Positions 1 to 12,566 of a DNA stretch of 64,000 nucleotides are shown here, one piece after another. The position numbers and the translations under genes were made by a program. The stretch's first letter is position 1, and every line of letters begins with the position of its first letter. The DNA is taken from NCBI GenBank assembly GCA_000708835.1, contig DF237432.1:1-64000 (forward strand), read 5' to 3'. Source of the DNA: Klebsormidium nitens. Taxonomy: Eukaryota > Plantae > Klebsormidiophyceae. The notes beneath the pieces were generated by a model. It ran no database searches. It had not been told where the DNA came from and saw only the letters and a list, made by a program, of their open reading frames with translations.

Positions 1-90
1 CAAAGCTTCAAGGATCATATAAGACTCAGAGGCAAGCACAAACCGCTCACAGAACGACGAACACCTGAAAGAGCGATTTGGTTTTCCAGC

Positions 91-3000
91 ATGGCGAGCA
101 GGGATGAGAAGAAGCGGCATGCGGTCAAGGCCCGGGTCAAGCCCGCGCCTTGGGCGGCAATCTCGCAGGGCAACCCGATTGAAAAGGTCAAGGCAAAATT
201 CAATGATCTTAGCACAAAGACGACGGCATGGATGGAAAAGCAACCCGCGCCTGTGGAGATTGGTTTGGCCACGATAGGACAGGGGATTCAGGGGGCGTTT
301 ATAGGAGCTTTGATGGGGCAGCTGACAGGGGACCTCACGCAGCAAATGGGCACAGAGGGTCAAGTCCCGGGGCAGGCTCCGGGGCAAGACGTGAAGCTGG
401 ACAGCATGAAGGTGAATAAAGACATGGTTCAGTTTGTTTGCTTTTTGCGTGGGCTTTGGTAATGGTGTTTTCTTTCCATGTGATTGTAATCATTGCAGAA
501 CTTGCATATTGCTGGCCGAAGTAATCAAGTCCTTTTTGCACTATAAAATTCATCTGCACGTTTCTTTGAAAAGTCTTTACATGTCGCTGGACGCCAGTGG
601 CGTGCAGGTGTTTCGTTATTTCGCACTGTGAATGCTATTTGTTGTATGAAAAGTGCTGAATTGTCTCTGCTTTTACTTACCACTTGTGCTGCTTCAAGCT
701 GCAATGTTAGTCCTGGACTATGTGGTCAATGCTGCCAATTAGCAGGGGCGTAGCTATGGTTGTAGCTGAGTCCTCTGTATGTCAATTACGATACTACCGT
801 GACGTTTCTCTGGCTTTTTTTCGTCCAACTGTCTCGTGCAGTTTCCAATCTTACCACTTCCTATTTCGATCAAACCCTAGATCAAGCCGGGTAATCTTGG
901 CTGGGCCCATCTGCCATTAGGGTTTTACGTGTATCTTGTTATCCTTCCTTGGCTCGTAGAGGGCACTTCAGATTGTTCTTTTTTTACTCATCCCCAGGCA
1001 CAAGTCTGGTTGCAATCCGTTTTGACTTGGTAGTTGTCATGTCGAACTGACAGAACGACATATGCGAGCCAGCTAGATAGGTTCTTAAAAGGTGCAGTGC
1101 ACAATCGGAGTCAGGTGGACCAAACTAAAGTACAGCATTTCATGGTTTTGGAACTCAAGAGCTCAATTTAAAAGCCATTCTTTTGAAAAATTCTTCTATA
1201 AAACGCAGTCACGATTCTACTTGCTTCATTCCAGTAGCAAACACGGCATGGCGTGTCTGATGGATGGGATGTCGTATATCATTGCTGCTTTCCTGTCGCT
1301 TGCCTTCGCTTTTCTGTCGCTTTAGACAGCTGTAACATCTAAAGTCTGGTTGTCTTTTGTGCAGGCCATAGCAGGGGGTCCGATGGTGCAAGCTAAAAAT
1401 TTTGCGGTCATTACGGGAGTGAACCAGGGGATTTCGACCGCGCTCAAGCGGTACAGGAAAGGAAAGGACGATCTTCTCAACCAGTGAGCCCACAGATCTC
1501 ATTTTCCGGTAACAAATAGGCGTTGTATCAAGAGACAGGCGCCATGTTGAAAGAGACAGCAGCAACAGATACTAGGATCAGGGGACACGAAACCGCTGCA
1601 GCGCGCTCACAGTAGCTCTTGGCGCTCCACTTTTGAATGCAAAAAGCAGTCGCTTCTAGTCACTCTACTTATCGAAGATGTTTCGACGTGCAGCTGTACC
1701 ATGGTTGTGTTGGTCAAAAAGCTAGTTTCTGGTTTTGATGATGGTCTATTCTGGTGCAGAGCTGGTGGAAAGATGCTCTTGATGCGCAAGAACTGGTTCA
1801 AAAGCTGTAACATTGAACACAGCCGCAATTGCTAATCTTCCTGTAATTTCAATGTGCGCCAGAGCTTTGAATGCAAGTTTCAGGCTGTAAGAATCTCGCG
1901 TCACTTTTGTCGACTCAATCGGAATTCCTAATGAGCGGGCGTCGCGGTTTGGCAGAGTACTACCCGCGTTCGGTTCAGGCGCTGCGTTTTCGCTAGTATC
2001 GGGCGTGGGGACTGATTCACCGGGGGGAAAGCTACGATCAGCACTTTCATCGGGCGTTGGGTTTGCGGTCTTCCAGGGAGCACTCTACCAGGTCAGCGAT
2101 CTACTTCTTTCCGCTTGAACTCCAGACATGCAATCATGTGGCATCTTACCTGTGCAGAAAGTTCGTCCATAGTTGAGGGTTCAGCTGACTGAAGGTGTCG
2201 TTGCTCGTCCCAAGCCCTTACACGCTTGAACTCTGAATCAGGATCGAGAGTATGACAGTGTCGAGCGTCACACTCCTCTTTGACTTTGAGCTTTGTGACC
2301 TACCTCTGAGGTCCGACACACGTCGTCAGAAGTTTTAAGAAGCAAGCAAGCAGAGTCTCCATTAGATGCGGGTCCAGTTTTACATCCGGAATGGGTTGCG
2401 GAGTGTGCCTCAAAACCACGTCAGGCAGTCACAGGTAGATCGTCACGGTTTCAGAACGCCTGGGGCACAGAAACCTATCATTTCTCGGACGTCCAACCGC
2501 GTGGTCACCACTTTTTCAGTACTCCGGACCGTCAATGGCTTCAAACCCGAGGAAAGCGGAGCAGAACTGTCCAAGTTACAAAAGGCCTAGATCGGGCAGA
2601 CGGGAGGCACTCAAAGAATCCCAGCCAATAGGAAATGAATGTTGAGTGCGACAAAAAGCGGCGATCTACCTGTTAAGGTCCGTCAGGACAGGATGTTAGA
2701 GGTTGTAGTAATTTGGAAGCCCTAAGGCTCGAAGGCCCACTCCACCACATCAACAGATCTGGACTGTTCGACCCCTGGATGTCCATTGAGTCTTATTGGC
2801 CTCTGCTAACGCGTCGGTTACACCCCTGTCAACGCTGAGTTTGTGCAGGTTGGCCAGAGGTTGTTACCCAAGCTGCAGAACGACCGTTGACCACCAGTTT
2901 CTATGAAACCCACGTTAAGCCTCCTTGCTAACCCCTTGCTAAACCCCCCCGTCGACCGTGGGTTTGTGCAGGTGGGCCAGCGGTTTTCCCCTAAGCCGCA

Positions 3001-5259
3001 AGACGACTTGGACTACATCCACACGCGGCGCGTCTTGCAGGACCTCGGCCTGGAGAAATACGAGAAGAACCTGAAGCGCGGACAGCTGAACGACCGGGTC
3101 CTGCCGCTGCTGACGGATAGGTGGGGCCAGCTAACATATCTTGGTAGTTGCTGGGTTGAGTCTGCCTTTCTGGCTGCGTCGTCATAACGCTTAGTCTGGT
3201 CGCTTTCCATTGTGTCTCCTGGAGAGGCCCGAGCGGAACTTGATGCGCGCCAGCTGAAAGACCGGGTGCTGCCGCTGCTGACGGATAGGTGGGGCTTCTC
3301 TTGACACTCCGTTCTTAGTCTTTACTCATTGCACAAGTTTTGGTAGTTGCTGGGCTGAGGGGTCCTCTCTGGCTGCTGTTTCTTGGGGGTTACTTTGGTC
3401 ATTCTTTGGAGAACAATGAGCGGAACTGGGCCAGCTGAACGACCGGGTGCTGCCGCTGCTGACGGATAAGTGGGGCCTGCCTTCTGATCCTTTCTTGCTG
3501 TCTACCTTCTTGTTCTATTTTGATCGTCGGTAGCTGCTGGTGCTGAGGGTTTCTTTTTTGGCTGCTTCTTCCTGGCGCTTCGACTGGTTATGATCCGTCC
3601 GGTACGTCTAGAAGTTTGAGCTGAAAAGAACGGCCAGCTCAACTTTTGGGTGCAGCCGCTGCTGGCAGATTCCCTGAAAGCGAGCCTTACACCGGTTCCT
3701 ACTATGAGTTACTAGCTTCTACTCTACTCTGTCTTACGTTCTTTCTCAACTCAATGCTTGTTGGTAGCTGCTGGCTCCTCCTTCCTCCGAAGGTTCCTTC
3801 TCCGCCTGCTTTTGCGGCGATGAATGTGGTCCTTTCTTGTGCCTTCTACCTGTGTGAGGAATCCCAGGAGGGGCCGGCTCAACGATTGGACAGAGGCGCT
3901 GCTGACAATTCGGCGGGGCCTTCGATACTTTCGTTTCTCGTTATCTTCTGTTCTTGTTTCCGACGCTGTGTGTATCTGCACTTGCTGCCGGCTCCGGCTT
4001 CTTGCAAATGCTTCTCTGCCTGCCTTTCCTTGCGTCCGCCTGAGTCGCTTACCCTCTTACCTTTCTGTCAGTCAGTCTCGGACGGTTTGAGATGGCCTCA
4101 AGACGTGCCAGCTGGGCGACCGTACTCTGTCAGTTTTTCGTTTCTGAGATTGGGGGGCCTTACGCTCATCGGTGGTTTCGTCCACGCTCTGCCTGCTCCC
4201 TCCAGCATCTGCTTTCGTTGAGTTTTGTGCTTTTGTTCTGTTTCTGCTTACTCTAGCATTTGCGTGCTGTTCCAATCGAGCCCCTTCCGTGCCTGTCGCC
4301 CGTGCCGACTGATAGGTGGGAAAGTCTCTGTTGCTCTGGACTGAGCTGTTGGGATCCCTCGCATTTTGCATGCCGTGTTGGTCGGAGATGTTGCGAGATG
4401 TCTTTGGCAGCTTTCTGCGCCCCCTCTAGGTCCGTGAATTCCCTCTGCCATCGATCTGGTCCGTTCGAGCGCTTTTGTTTGACCTTCCAGCAACAACGTC
4501 GAAGTTTTTGGAGATAGCGCACAATTGTGGTCATGGACGAAGATGAATGACGAAAGCTTGTCGTGTCCTCTTGAAGAAGAGCGACGAACAACCGTTGAGC
4601 AAAAGTAAGGCCTCTTTCCCCTGAAACCGCTATAGTTCAAACAACACACAGGCCAAGGCATGGGCCAATGCTAAACGACTGCTCTCGCATTGCAGTTCGT
4701 TGAAGGACGTACACATCCCCCCGGGACCTAGGCTGCTCATCTTAGAAGCTGTTCATCGGCGGTACGGCCTCAACTCAAATCTGGAACAATCGGCAAATTC
4801 AATTTTCGTTTTCATTGGCTGTAGTCACCAGTCTGGAGTTAGCCGTTTGACGCTTGACATTACGTGGCAACTCAGTTTCTTTTGAGACCTAATGTAGTCG
4901 ATGCTCTGCTTGCCGCTTATTTTCATGTCCAAATGTGAGGTTTTTATCTTGCAAGATGCAGCGAAGTTCGTCAGCATCCTCCCTTTGTAGCGCATGTCGA
5001 TTGCAGCTATCCTGGGGGTCTTCATATAGGATCTTGAGAACCATACTTCTTGTGATGTTGCTCAGAGTCCCGCTGGGAGTTGGGATAGCTTTCTTGCATC
5101 TGGTCCAACGTTGATTCAAAGTGAGCTCACCAGCAATTCTTAGGCACATGCTGTCCTACCAATTAACTTCAAATTCCCCTTTGCTCTTGCTGCAGACGAC
5201 AAGAAAGCGCACCGCGGAAAGTGGTAGTACCAGCGGGAAAAACAGTTATGAAGCCTTAA
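91..5259 (+). CDS. HP30: Tim17/22/23-family protein with C-terminal SAM domain, orthologous to plant HP30/HP30-2 (TRIC1/2) organellar import component
   Basis: Exons 91-411, 1365-1483, 1956-2091, 2972-3120, 4696-4761 and a tentative last exon 5196-5259, all GT-AG and phase-consistent. The translation has NPIEKVKAKF..W..KQPAPVE, QGAFIGALMG, GGPMVQAKNFAVITGVNQGI, AFGSGAAFSLVS, LGLEKYEKNLKRGQLNDRVLPLLTDSSLKDVHIPPGPRLLIL, matching my recollection of Arabidopsis HP30 along its whole length. The last exon is uncertain; the alternative is read-through to a stop at 4885. Confidence 0.9.
2800..2890 (+). repeat. Degenerate upstream duplicate of the HP30 exon-4 acceptor and exon start
   Basis: TTTGTGCAG|GTTGGCCAGAGGTTGTTACCCAAGCTGCAGAACGAC (decoy AG at 2847-2848) versus the real TTTGTGCAG|GTGGGCCAGCGGTTTTCCCCTAAGCCGCAAGACGAC (AG at 2970-2971). 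The decoy frame ends at a TGA. Confidence 0.85.
3215..4325 (+). repeat. Decaying tandem array (~170-230 bp period) of the HP30 exon-4 3' end, donor and intron start
   Basis: CAGCTGAA.GACCGGGTGCTGCCGCTGCTGACGGATA.GTGGGG recurs at ~3251-3294 and ~3432-3475, with weaker copies at ~3635, ~3875 and ~4305. The intronic motif GGTAG(T/C)TGCTGG recurs at ~3143, 3342, 3529 and 3762. Confidence 0.9.
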
Positions 5260-6507
5260 CGAGTTGGCTCTGCATCTTTGGAGACAGCGGAGGCAGTGGG
5301 TTCGCATCTTTGAGAATGACTTTCTGAGATAAAGACGTCTGACGAGCTTGTACATGGTGGTCGTTCGTCACTTCCGAATAAAACGTTAGGCATTTGTCGT
5401 CTTAGTTGTGTACAGCGGACAAAGGCGCACGCATCAGCGCTCTCGGCGGGACTAAATTGTTGCGGTGCATACTGGTCTGGTGGAGGAGGTTATGTTGACG
5501 TGCTTCTTTATGCTACATCCAAATCGCAAAGGAAAGCTCTGGTCGAGTTCGTAAGGATGCGCACAGCCAGTTGGGGTCTTGGACTAACAGCATGTTTGCT
5601 TGATTTGCATGTCATGCATGACTTAGCTCCTGGGCCGCTAAAGCATCGACAGAGTCAACCTTGTTTGCAACCTGAGTCCGTACTGTGCATGACCTGTCTG
5701 CCGGCCTGGGCATACTTATTGGACATGCACTGATCGATCGACAAATCCCATGAAACTAGATGATGCAGCATGTCGGATATATACTCGGCATGCATGCAAG
5801 CAATTTATTGGAAATTGCTAGTTCATTACTAAAGTCATACGCGACATAATTTGATTGGTGGAATGATCATGCTTCGGATCGTCGTAGTTCGTGCATGGGA
5901 CTCATATGGCCTCAACCTTTAATGAGGTTTCGCGTACATATGCAGTTGATATTGTCGAAAGCTCGACCGGGTCATTAACTTGCGGTACATATGATTCGCT
6001 GCATCCGATCGATCTAGTTCATGCTTTAATCAACTGCATACTTCACTGTCTACTGCATGCTTCACTAGAACTTCTTGTTCGCACCTCATCTACCGTACGC
6101 AATGCAATTCTCACAGGCTGCAGATTGGATACGATCAAATTGACTGGAGACATGGGACGGCTTTTACGAGTCTGGTCGTTTTCGTTTGGAATGATTGCTT
6201 CCCTGAAGCAGACTTACGCTGCGGACTACACTCGAAGTAACGACGTTCCTCTTGCAAGAAACGTATATGAAGCTGCTTCTTAGCGAAGGCTTCTAATAAG
6301 TTCCGACGACCTTAATGAGCTTCGGAAAGTTGGTTGACCTTGGGAACAACACCCGTGGTCCAACACTCATGTTTATGACTGCAAGTCAGAAGAACTGTCT
6401 ACACAAACACTGATCCCTCCTGACGAAGTCACTATCTATGCGAGATTGTGAACAGCTGCGGGATCTAATCAGGCTAGCCAATAAATAGACGCCGTGCTGG
6501 TGATAAT

Positions 6508-9500
6508 TTATGCCGCCGCTGCCCTGTATACGAGCCAGGCCTGCCTGGCAAGCTTCTCCTTCTCAGCAAGGAGGTTCACTTTCCGCTCCATCTCCCGCCG
6601 GAGCTCGATCAGTTTGAGCTGGAAGGCGCTGAAGACGGCATTGCACTCCGCTGCCTCGTCTGGGCAAAAGAAAGCGCAGCTAGATTTCAGGCAGACCTCT
6701 CCGGTTCTCGTTGACATCGTGGTACGTGTCAACGAATTTCTCCAGGTAAGAAGGGATCTGCTCCGTGGATTGGGACGCGCGATTACGGGCGCACAATGTA
6801 GTAGGGCGCGAATGCAGCAGAAATTTCTATCTGTCCGCGGTCACAGCTTATTCCAAAACGCCAATATCTCTCGCCAATACACGGAAGCCAGTTGCACCAA
6901 ACACTCGACTTCCGAAACCCACCGGCGCTGCTGGCGGCCAGGATGCCGAGGTGTTCCCGCACGTTGTTCTTGTGGCGCATGGCCTCCAACTCGGCCCGCT
7001 TGGCGTGCGCCGCGAGCGCGTTCTTGCGCTCCCAGTCTCGCTGCAGGTACGCGCGCTGCTTGCTCGCGAGCGCACCCAGGGTCGCGTCGAAGGCGTCCGT
7101 GTGCTCGAGCTCGTTGAAGACTTCGATACCGTTCAGGTCCAGACTAGCCGGAAGCACGTCTGCGGCGGAATCAGAGGGCGGAACGAGTTTGTGGGTGATG
7201 ATGGACGGAATGTGAACGGAACGGCGGAACGCACCGGAAGTAAGTGTTGTGGCTGCAATCTCTGCACAATGCTAACGTCTGGTGCCGACCTGATGAGTGC
7301 CCTCTGGCTGCAAAGAACCCTCAAAAAAGTCACGGCAATTACGTCCGCGTGTCTGAAAGATGACACCCTGAACCGAGTTTTTGTCCTGAGACCGAAGGGA
7401 AGGCCCAGAAATGTGACACCTAGAAGAAGGCAGAAAGCAGGCTCGGGAGTACACGATGCATTGCAGGGCAGGGTACACTGGCCGACGTATCTTACATGAA
7501 TAAGCGGGGTTTGGAAGATTGATAACCTTGGCGTACATCAAAGCAGACAGAGGACAGAGTTTGAACGAGAGTAGAAAGTTTCGGGGCACCGAAAGAGTCG
7601 TTCTCCTCGCTCGAATGCTTGAAGGACCAGTTCGACGTAACAATCTCACCGTTTTGGGCCTATGTCCAAATTCCCACGAAACAAAGGCAACCGTCTGAGT
7701 AAAAATTACACAGAGACTCTGTATGTACTGAGAGACAATATCTACAGCAAATCCTCCTCGTTTAGAAATAGACCCGCCGCACTTTATGGAACTCCCTGCA
7801 CATATCGACAACAACTTCCCACGGAACCCGACAGATCTTGCATTACAATCTAACCTGAACTTCCGGCACGTGCTGACAGGGACTCCCTGCACATTATTGG
7901 GGGCGCTGCAGCCTGCGGAAACCTCACCGAGGAGGTCGACGATCGCCCGGAGGCACCGCTCCCGCGCCGCGCGCACCGGCTCCGGCACGTCCGTCTCGCC
8001 CGCCGCGCCGAGCCGCTCCCTTTGCAGCGCCTCCCGTCGCGCGCGCAGCTGCGCGAGCTCCGCCTCGCCCCGCCGGTGCGCGACCTCCAGCTCGACGATG
8101 CGCTCCTCCAGGTCGAGGAGCGCCAGCTCCTCCCGGCCGCGCACGTCGCGCGCGCCCCGGGCGCGCAGCGCGGCGACGAGCGCCGCAATCTCCGCGTCCT
8201 CGAGCGAGTCCCCGTCCGTCTCGCGCGGCACGTACGCCAGCGCCTCGTCGACGGGCTCGGGCGCCAGCGCGCTCGGGACCTTCGGCGGCCGGCCGCGCTT
8301 CAACTTCGGCTTTTTTGCGGGCGCGGGTCTGTCCGTCGCAAGGCCCGGTTTCTTCTTCGGAACGACCCCGGGATCGGCGCCCTGGCCGAGCGACACCGGC
8401 TTCTTTATGACTTTCTTCAGCTTGGCGGCGGCAGTCGGGGAGAACCCTGGGGCAAACTTTCCCGACCGGTCGCGTTCCTGAGACGAGGCAATCAGTTGGT
8501 GGAGCGTCTGGCTGTCCGTGTTGCCCGTTTTGAGCTTCTTCGCTGGCGGCGGGTCGGTGGACGCCCGGGGCTTGACGAGTTTCGGCCTTCCGGGGCCTTT
8601 CTTGGTCTCTTCACTCGGCTCAGCCGGGCCGGCGTCATCCTCCGGGTGCCGTTTCTTCAAGCCGATCGTGAGGAGGCTCAACTTCTTGAGCTTCTTCTTT
8701 CCTGCACGGACAGGAAGATTCTGATTTGAGAACATCTCAATGCTTCGCATCGTTTGCAGTCGACTGTGGATGGAGCCCTGAGTAAAACTTCGAAGGTTGC
8801 TTTTGATCGTTTGCAGTTTACTTGAAAAGTCTGATTGAAGCTTCGATGTATTCTTCTGTGCGTTTGCACTCAGTTTGCACTCAACTCAAAAGTGAAACCG
8901 CTCTTGCCTCTTACTCTGGCAAAGGAACAGGGTCGTCAACCCCATAACGGGGCGTCTTCTTGATACTAACGGATGGCATCGAATCTCTACGCTCGAGAGG
9001 CTGAAAGCTCTGTCCTCATATGCACAATTGCAGATTGTCTGTAATCCTTAGATGCACCAACTTATTCTCGTGACAAAGATGCTGGATCCGTCTCCTGATC
9101 TAGGATAGAAGGGAAAACCGGTGCACCAAGTTTCCCTGGATTCAAAATTCGTACTTGGCATCCCCGAAACTACGATATGCACTCACCAGGGATCGTCCCC
9201 TTGAGCTTCTTGGCAGTGCGCTCGAGCTTCGGCTTCGGAGTCGGTGGGGGCTTCTTGGACGGTCTCCCTAGGCCCATGGCTCGGCAGATATCGCTCTTCA
9301 GTTCCGGAACCTTGATGAGCTTCTTGTGGATGTCGTTGTTTCCGCGCAGGATGAAGAGCATGAGCGACAGTAGCGGCTGGTGCAGCGACCAGATGAGGTC
9401 CGCGTTAATCTGCGGCTTGATCTGCAAGAACTCCTCCCGAACCACCGCGGGGCCGCGTTCCTTGATGACGTCTTCCATGCCAAAGAGGACGTGACGGGCG

Positions 9501-11286
9501 CCCTTCTTGTTGAGGCGCTTGTTGAGGGAGTACCACGTCTCAGGGCTGTGGAGCAGGGCCGAGTAGCTGTCCTTGATGACTTGCTCGAGCTGGTCAGAAA
9601 AGAGGCGATGCACTTAGGCGATGCACTTGAAGCATGGAGAAGTGGTGGTTGATACTGCGGTGCAGCCATGAAAAAATTGCTGTCAACTGTCGCAGACTCC
9701 TTCTCGAGTGTGACAGACAAGGAACCGGAACCGCACGGAAAGAGAACAAGGACCTTTATGTAGACCTTTTCGTGGCACCAATATAAGCTTTCTGAAGTGG
9801 TCCTGCACAAAGTCTGTTCTCGAACCCAACAACTTCTAACGTCCAACTTCAGTCAGTTCACGCTCGCTGTATGCGAGATGGGGTGTTCATTCAATGTATA
9901 TTTTCTTAAAGTTGAGGCTGATGTGCGAGCTAATATGTCACCCCAGAGTTACCATTTGTAACAAACCGTTTGCCTTCTTGGATTCAGATTCGCTTGTAAG
10001 ACATCTCTTTGCTCTCGCTTGCAGGACATCTCTTTGCTTTCACTGCATTCCTAAAAGTCCAAAAGCTGAAAAGTTTCTAGATGAGAGCAAGAACCCTGTA
10101 CTTCAGCCGCAGTCTCAACCCTACTCAACACATACCTTTGTCATGAATCTTGAAGTCTGCCTTCAGAAAAGACATCCATTCAAGCAATTCGGATATCGAA
10201 TTTAATTTCCTTCAAGGATTCTCTTGTCACAACAAGTCAGGAAGACGAGAAATCAAGAAGGTGAAATTTAAAGCTGTCATTGTGGCAATGATTGTCCTTA
10301 GGCTTGATTCAGCCGTTGCACCTTTTCAAGGACCAGCTTGCATCACCGTCGAGCTTTTCAAAAAGCTGTGAACAGGTTATTCAAGATAGCATCTCAAGGA
10401 TTGTGTACAGCAAGATTGGAAAATGAGTAACAAGACTTGTACGTTTCTCCTTTCCTTCCAGTCATATAGGGAGGTTCAGGGAAGCTTGTCCAACAAATCA
10501 CAAAGCCATCACAATCCATCTTACTCATTTACAGGTCACATGAAGAACTTGATTGATGGAAAGCAGATGGCCCCTCACTCTTCCTGGAACTTCATCACCC
10601 GTCCAAGGCGAGTCTAGTGGATCCAAATCTTCTTCCTTTGGGGACACAACTGGAGTTCCTGCAACAGACAAAATGAGAAAATGGGCAACAAAGTGCACTG
10701 GGTGACCATTCTCCTTCCTGCAACAAGTAGTTCGCAATGCACAATGGTGGTTGATCATGCATCAGTCGCATCAATCATCTGGATATCAGAAGAAACATAC
10801 CTTCATCTTCAATGTCCAGCATGTTGACCACTTGCTCATCCTTCTGCGGCGTGGCCATAGCTGTGGCAAGAGTATCTGCAATGCAAAAACAAGATGGGAG
10901 TGTTGGTGGCTTAAGTACAGGGCTTCAAGAGTGCCAGAATGCTAGATCAGACACTGCCTCTGATCCTAATAGATGCAATTGCTGCAATGCTGCATTAAAG
11001 AGCGACAGAGAAGTGCACTCGAATATGAAATTTGTGGTGGAGATATAGTGCATAGATTGCAAAAAACACACTTTCAAGGCTGCTCATCAAATCTCAGAGA
11101 TGAAGATTGATGAATATGGCCAGGGCATATTTCAGTTGAAAACATGTTGTTAGATGTACTTCAGTGTGCATGTAATAGCTTGCACAAACCTGCATCATTT
11201 CTAGAAGGCGCAGCCGTTGGGGTCGTTGCTGGGTCAGACTGCTCCATACCTGAGCCTTGCTTCTTCATTACATGCCTGACTCTCAT
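6508..11286 (-). CDS. Uncharacterised lysine-rich, probably nuclear protein (paralog A): conserved helical domain, AT-hook-like KRGRPPK, C-terminal coiled coil
   Basis: Seven exons: 11286-11190, 10875-10801, 10658-10579, 9589-9187, 8701-7928, 7159-6923, 6659-6508. All are GT-AG and phase-consistent, and each has a counterpart in the paralog at 12567-17235. Confidence 0.85.
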
Positions 11287-12566
11287 GATTTTGCCCTTGT
11301 TCGACCGTTTAGGAAGATGACGTCCTGCTCAACAATCACGTGTCTCACAGAATTTACCTCAATTTCAGCTTGCATCAGAGAAAATGGATACTGGAAAATT
11401 CTGCAACAAGTAGCATTCCACCGATTGCTTCCCATAGACAGAACGGTCAGCAGCTCGAGAAGGGAGGACGTGAAGCAGCCTCGAGCTTCGGACTTCGTAA
11501 TGTGTGCGCTTTGTTGCTCCTCACTTTTTTTCTGAAAGAGCCAATCTTTGCAGCAACTCGCAATGTCCCGGTGATCACTTATAGGATTTTAGGTGAGTGT
11601 CTGGGTCGTGTAAAGAGCACAAAGAGGGGCATTTTGAAACACGCTGCTTCGTACGATCAGGAGAGCAGGAATTGTGCAGGAAAACAGAAGGCGAAAGAGC
11701 GAAGCAGAGGGACCAACGAACGTTCTCTGGTGGCCGCCACTTTACCGGCCGGCCTAGCAAATCAGCCGAGTCCTCCTTCGAAGTCGGTACTAGGGCGGCG
11801 CATGCGCGGTTCAGGTTTGGCCAGAACTGCGGAATCAGAAACCGTCAGTATCGAACCCAGCTTTCCAGCGCGTCCAGCCTTCTGCTTTCGATTCGAAAAG
11901 ATAGTCCGAACAATCATGTCAGGTAATGGTGACAGAACGGATATCGCTCGTGAACCATTACCTCTATCATCGACGTCGAACGGGAAGAGCCCTTCCTCAT
12001 TCCTCAAGTTCTTCGACAATCGATAACCGAATCCGGAACTCTTGACGTACGAGCCTCATGCAAGTTGACACCGTGACCGAACCGCAAGATCAGCCTGCAC
12101 AATTTTTAGAATGCTCCGCAGATGAAAATGGCGGCCTCCGTTCAGGCGCTTCCTGCTCGGTGCCTCGCTTAGCTTCGCTCTTCTCAACCTTCGCTGCAAG
12201 AACGTTTGTCCTGTTGGCGGATGAAGCTAAGGAGTGCTTAGTGACCACAGCGTGGTAGGCCTGTGAAAAGCAGATGTCCAAACGCAGAGCTGCCTGATTT
12301 TATGACAAGGAGCAAGAAGCCAGCTTTGCACCACAGATCACGAACTTCGAGGTACTCGAAGCCGGCATACGTTTTCTTATCGGGGCTGCAGGCATTGACG
12401 TTCAGATCAAAGCTGCAGATCTGAGAGCTTTGCAGTCTGATCATCTGCTTGTTCCTAGGCTACAGCCTGTAGATTCTTTTATGCAACCTAAAATCGAGAT
12501 TTTCTTTAGCATAGGGGCATTCGTTGATCAAGGAGACGTTTCCAGCACAGTCGAATAAGGACGAGG
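11287..12566. promoter_or_regulatory. Probable shared bidirectional promoter and 5'UTR region of the paralog pair
   Basis: 1.28 kb between two divergent ATGs (11286 on -, 12567 on +). Inferred from position only. Confidence 0.5.

Noticed and set aside
3646-4221. 191-aa ORF inside HP30 intron 4
   Set aside because: Lies in pyrimidine-rich, A-poor echo repeats that are naturally depleted of stop codons; non-ATG start; low-complexity translation.
5560-6150. CATG/GATC-rich intergenic tracts, also at ~17600-18050, ~23400-23900 and ~41400-42100, as a possible repeat family
   Set aside because: Similar composition only; I could not align them to one another.
7786-8729. Long plus-strand ORFs (231 and 235 aa), and similar ones at 6494-7499, 15304-16041, 47440-48072, 57433-58062 and 59278-60315
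   Set aside because: Shadow frames of GC-rich real exons on the opposite strand, with Arg/Ala/Ser-rich translations and no independent splice logic.
11340-12026. 228-aa ORF between the divergent paralogs
   Set aside because: GTG start, no recognisable motifs or splice partners, and it overlaps the probable promoter and UTR. Not formally excluded without RNA data.
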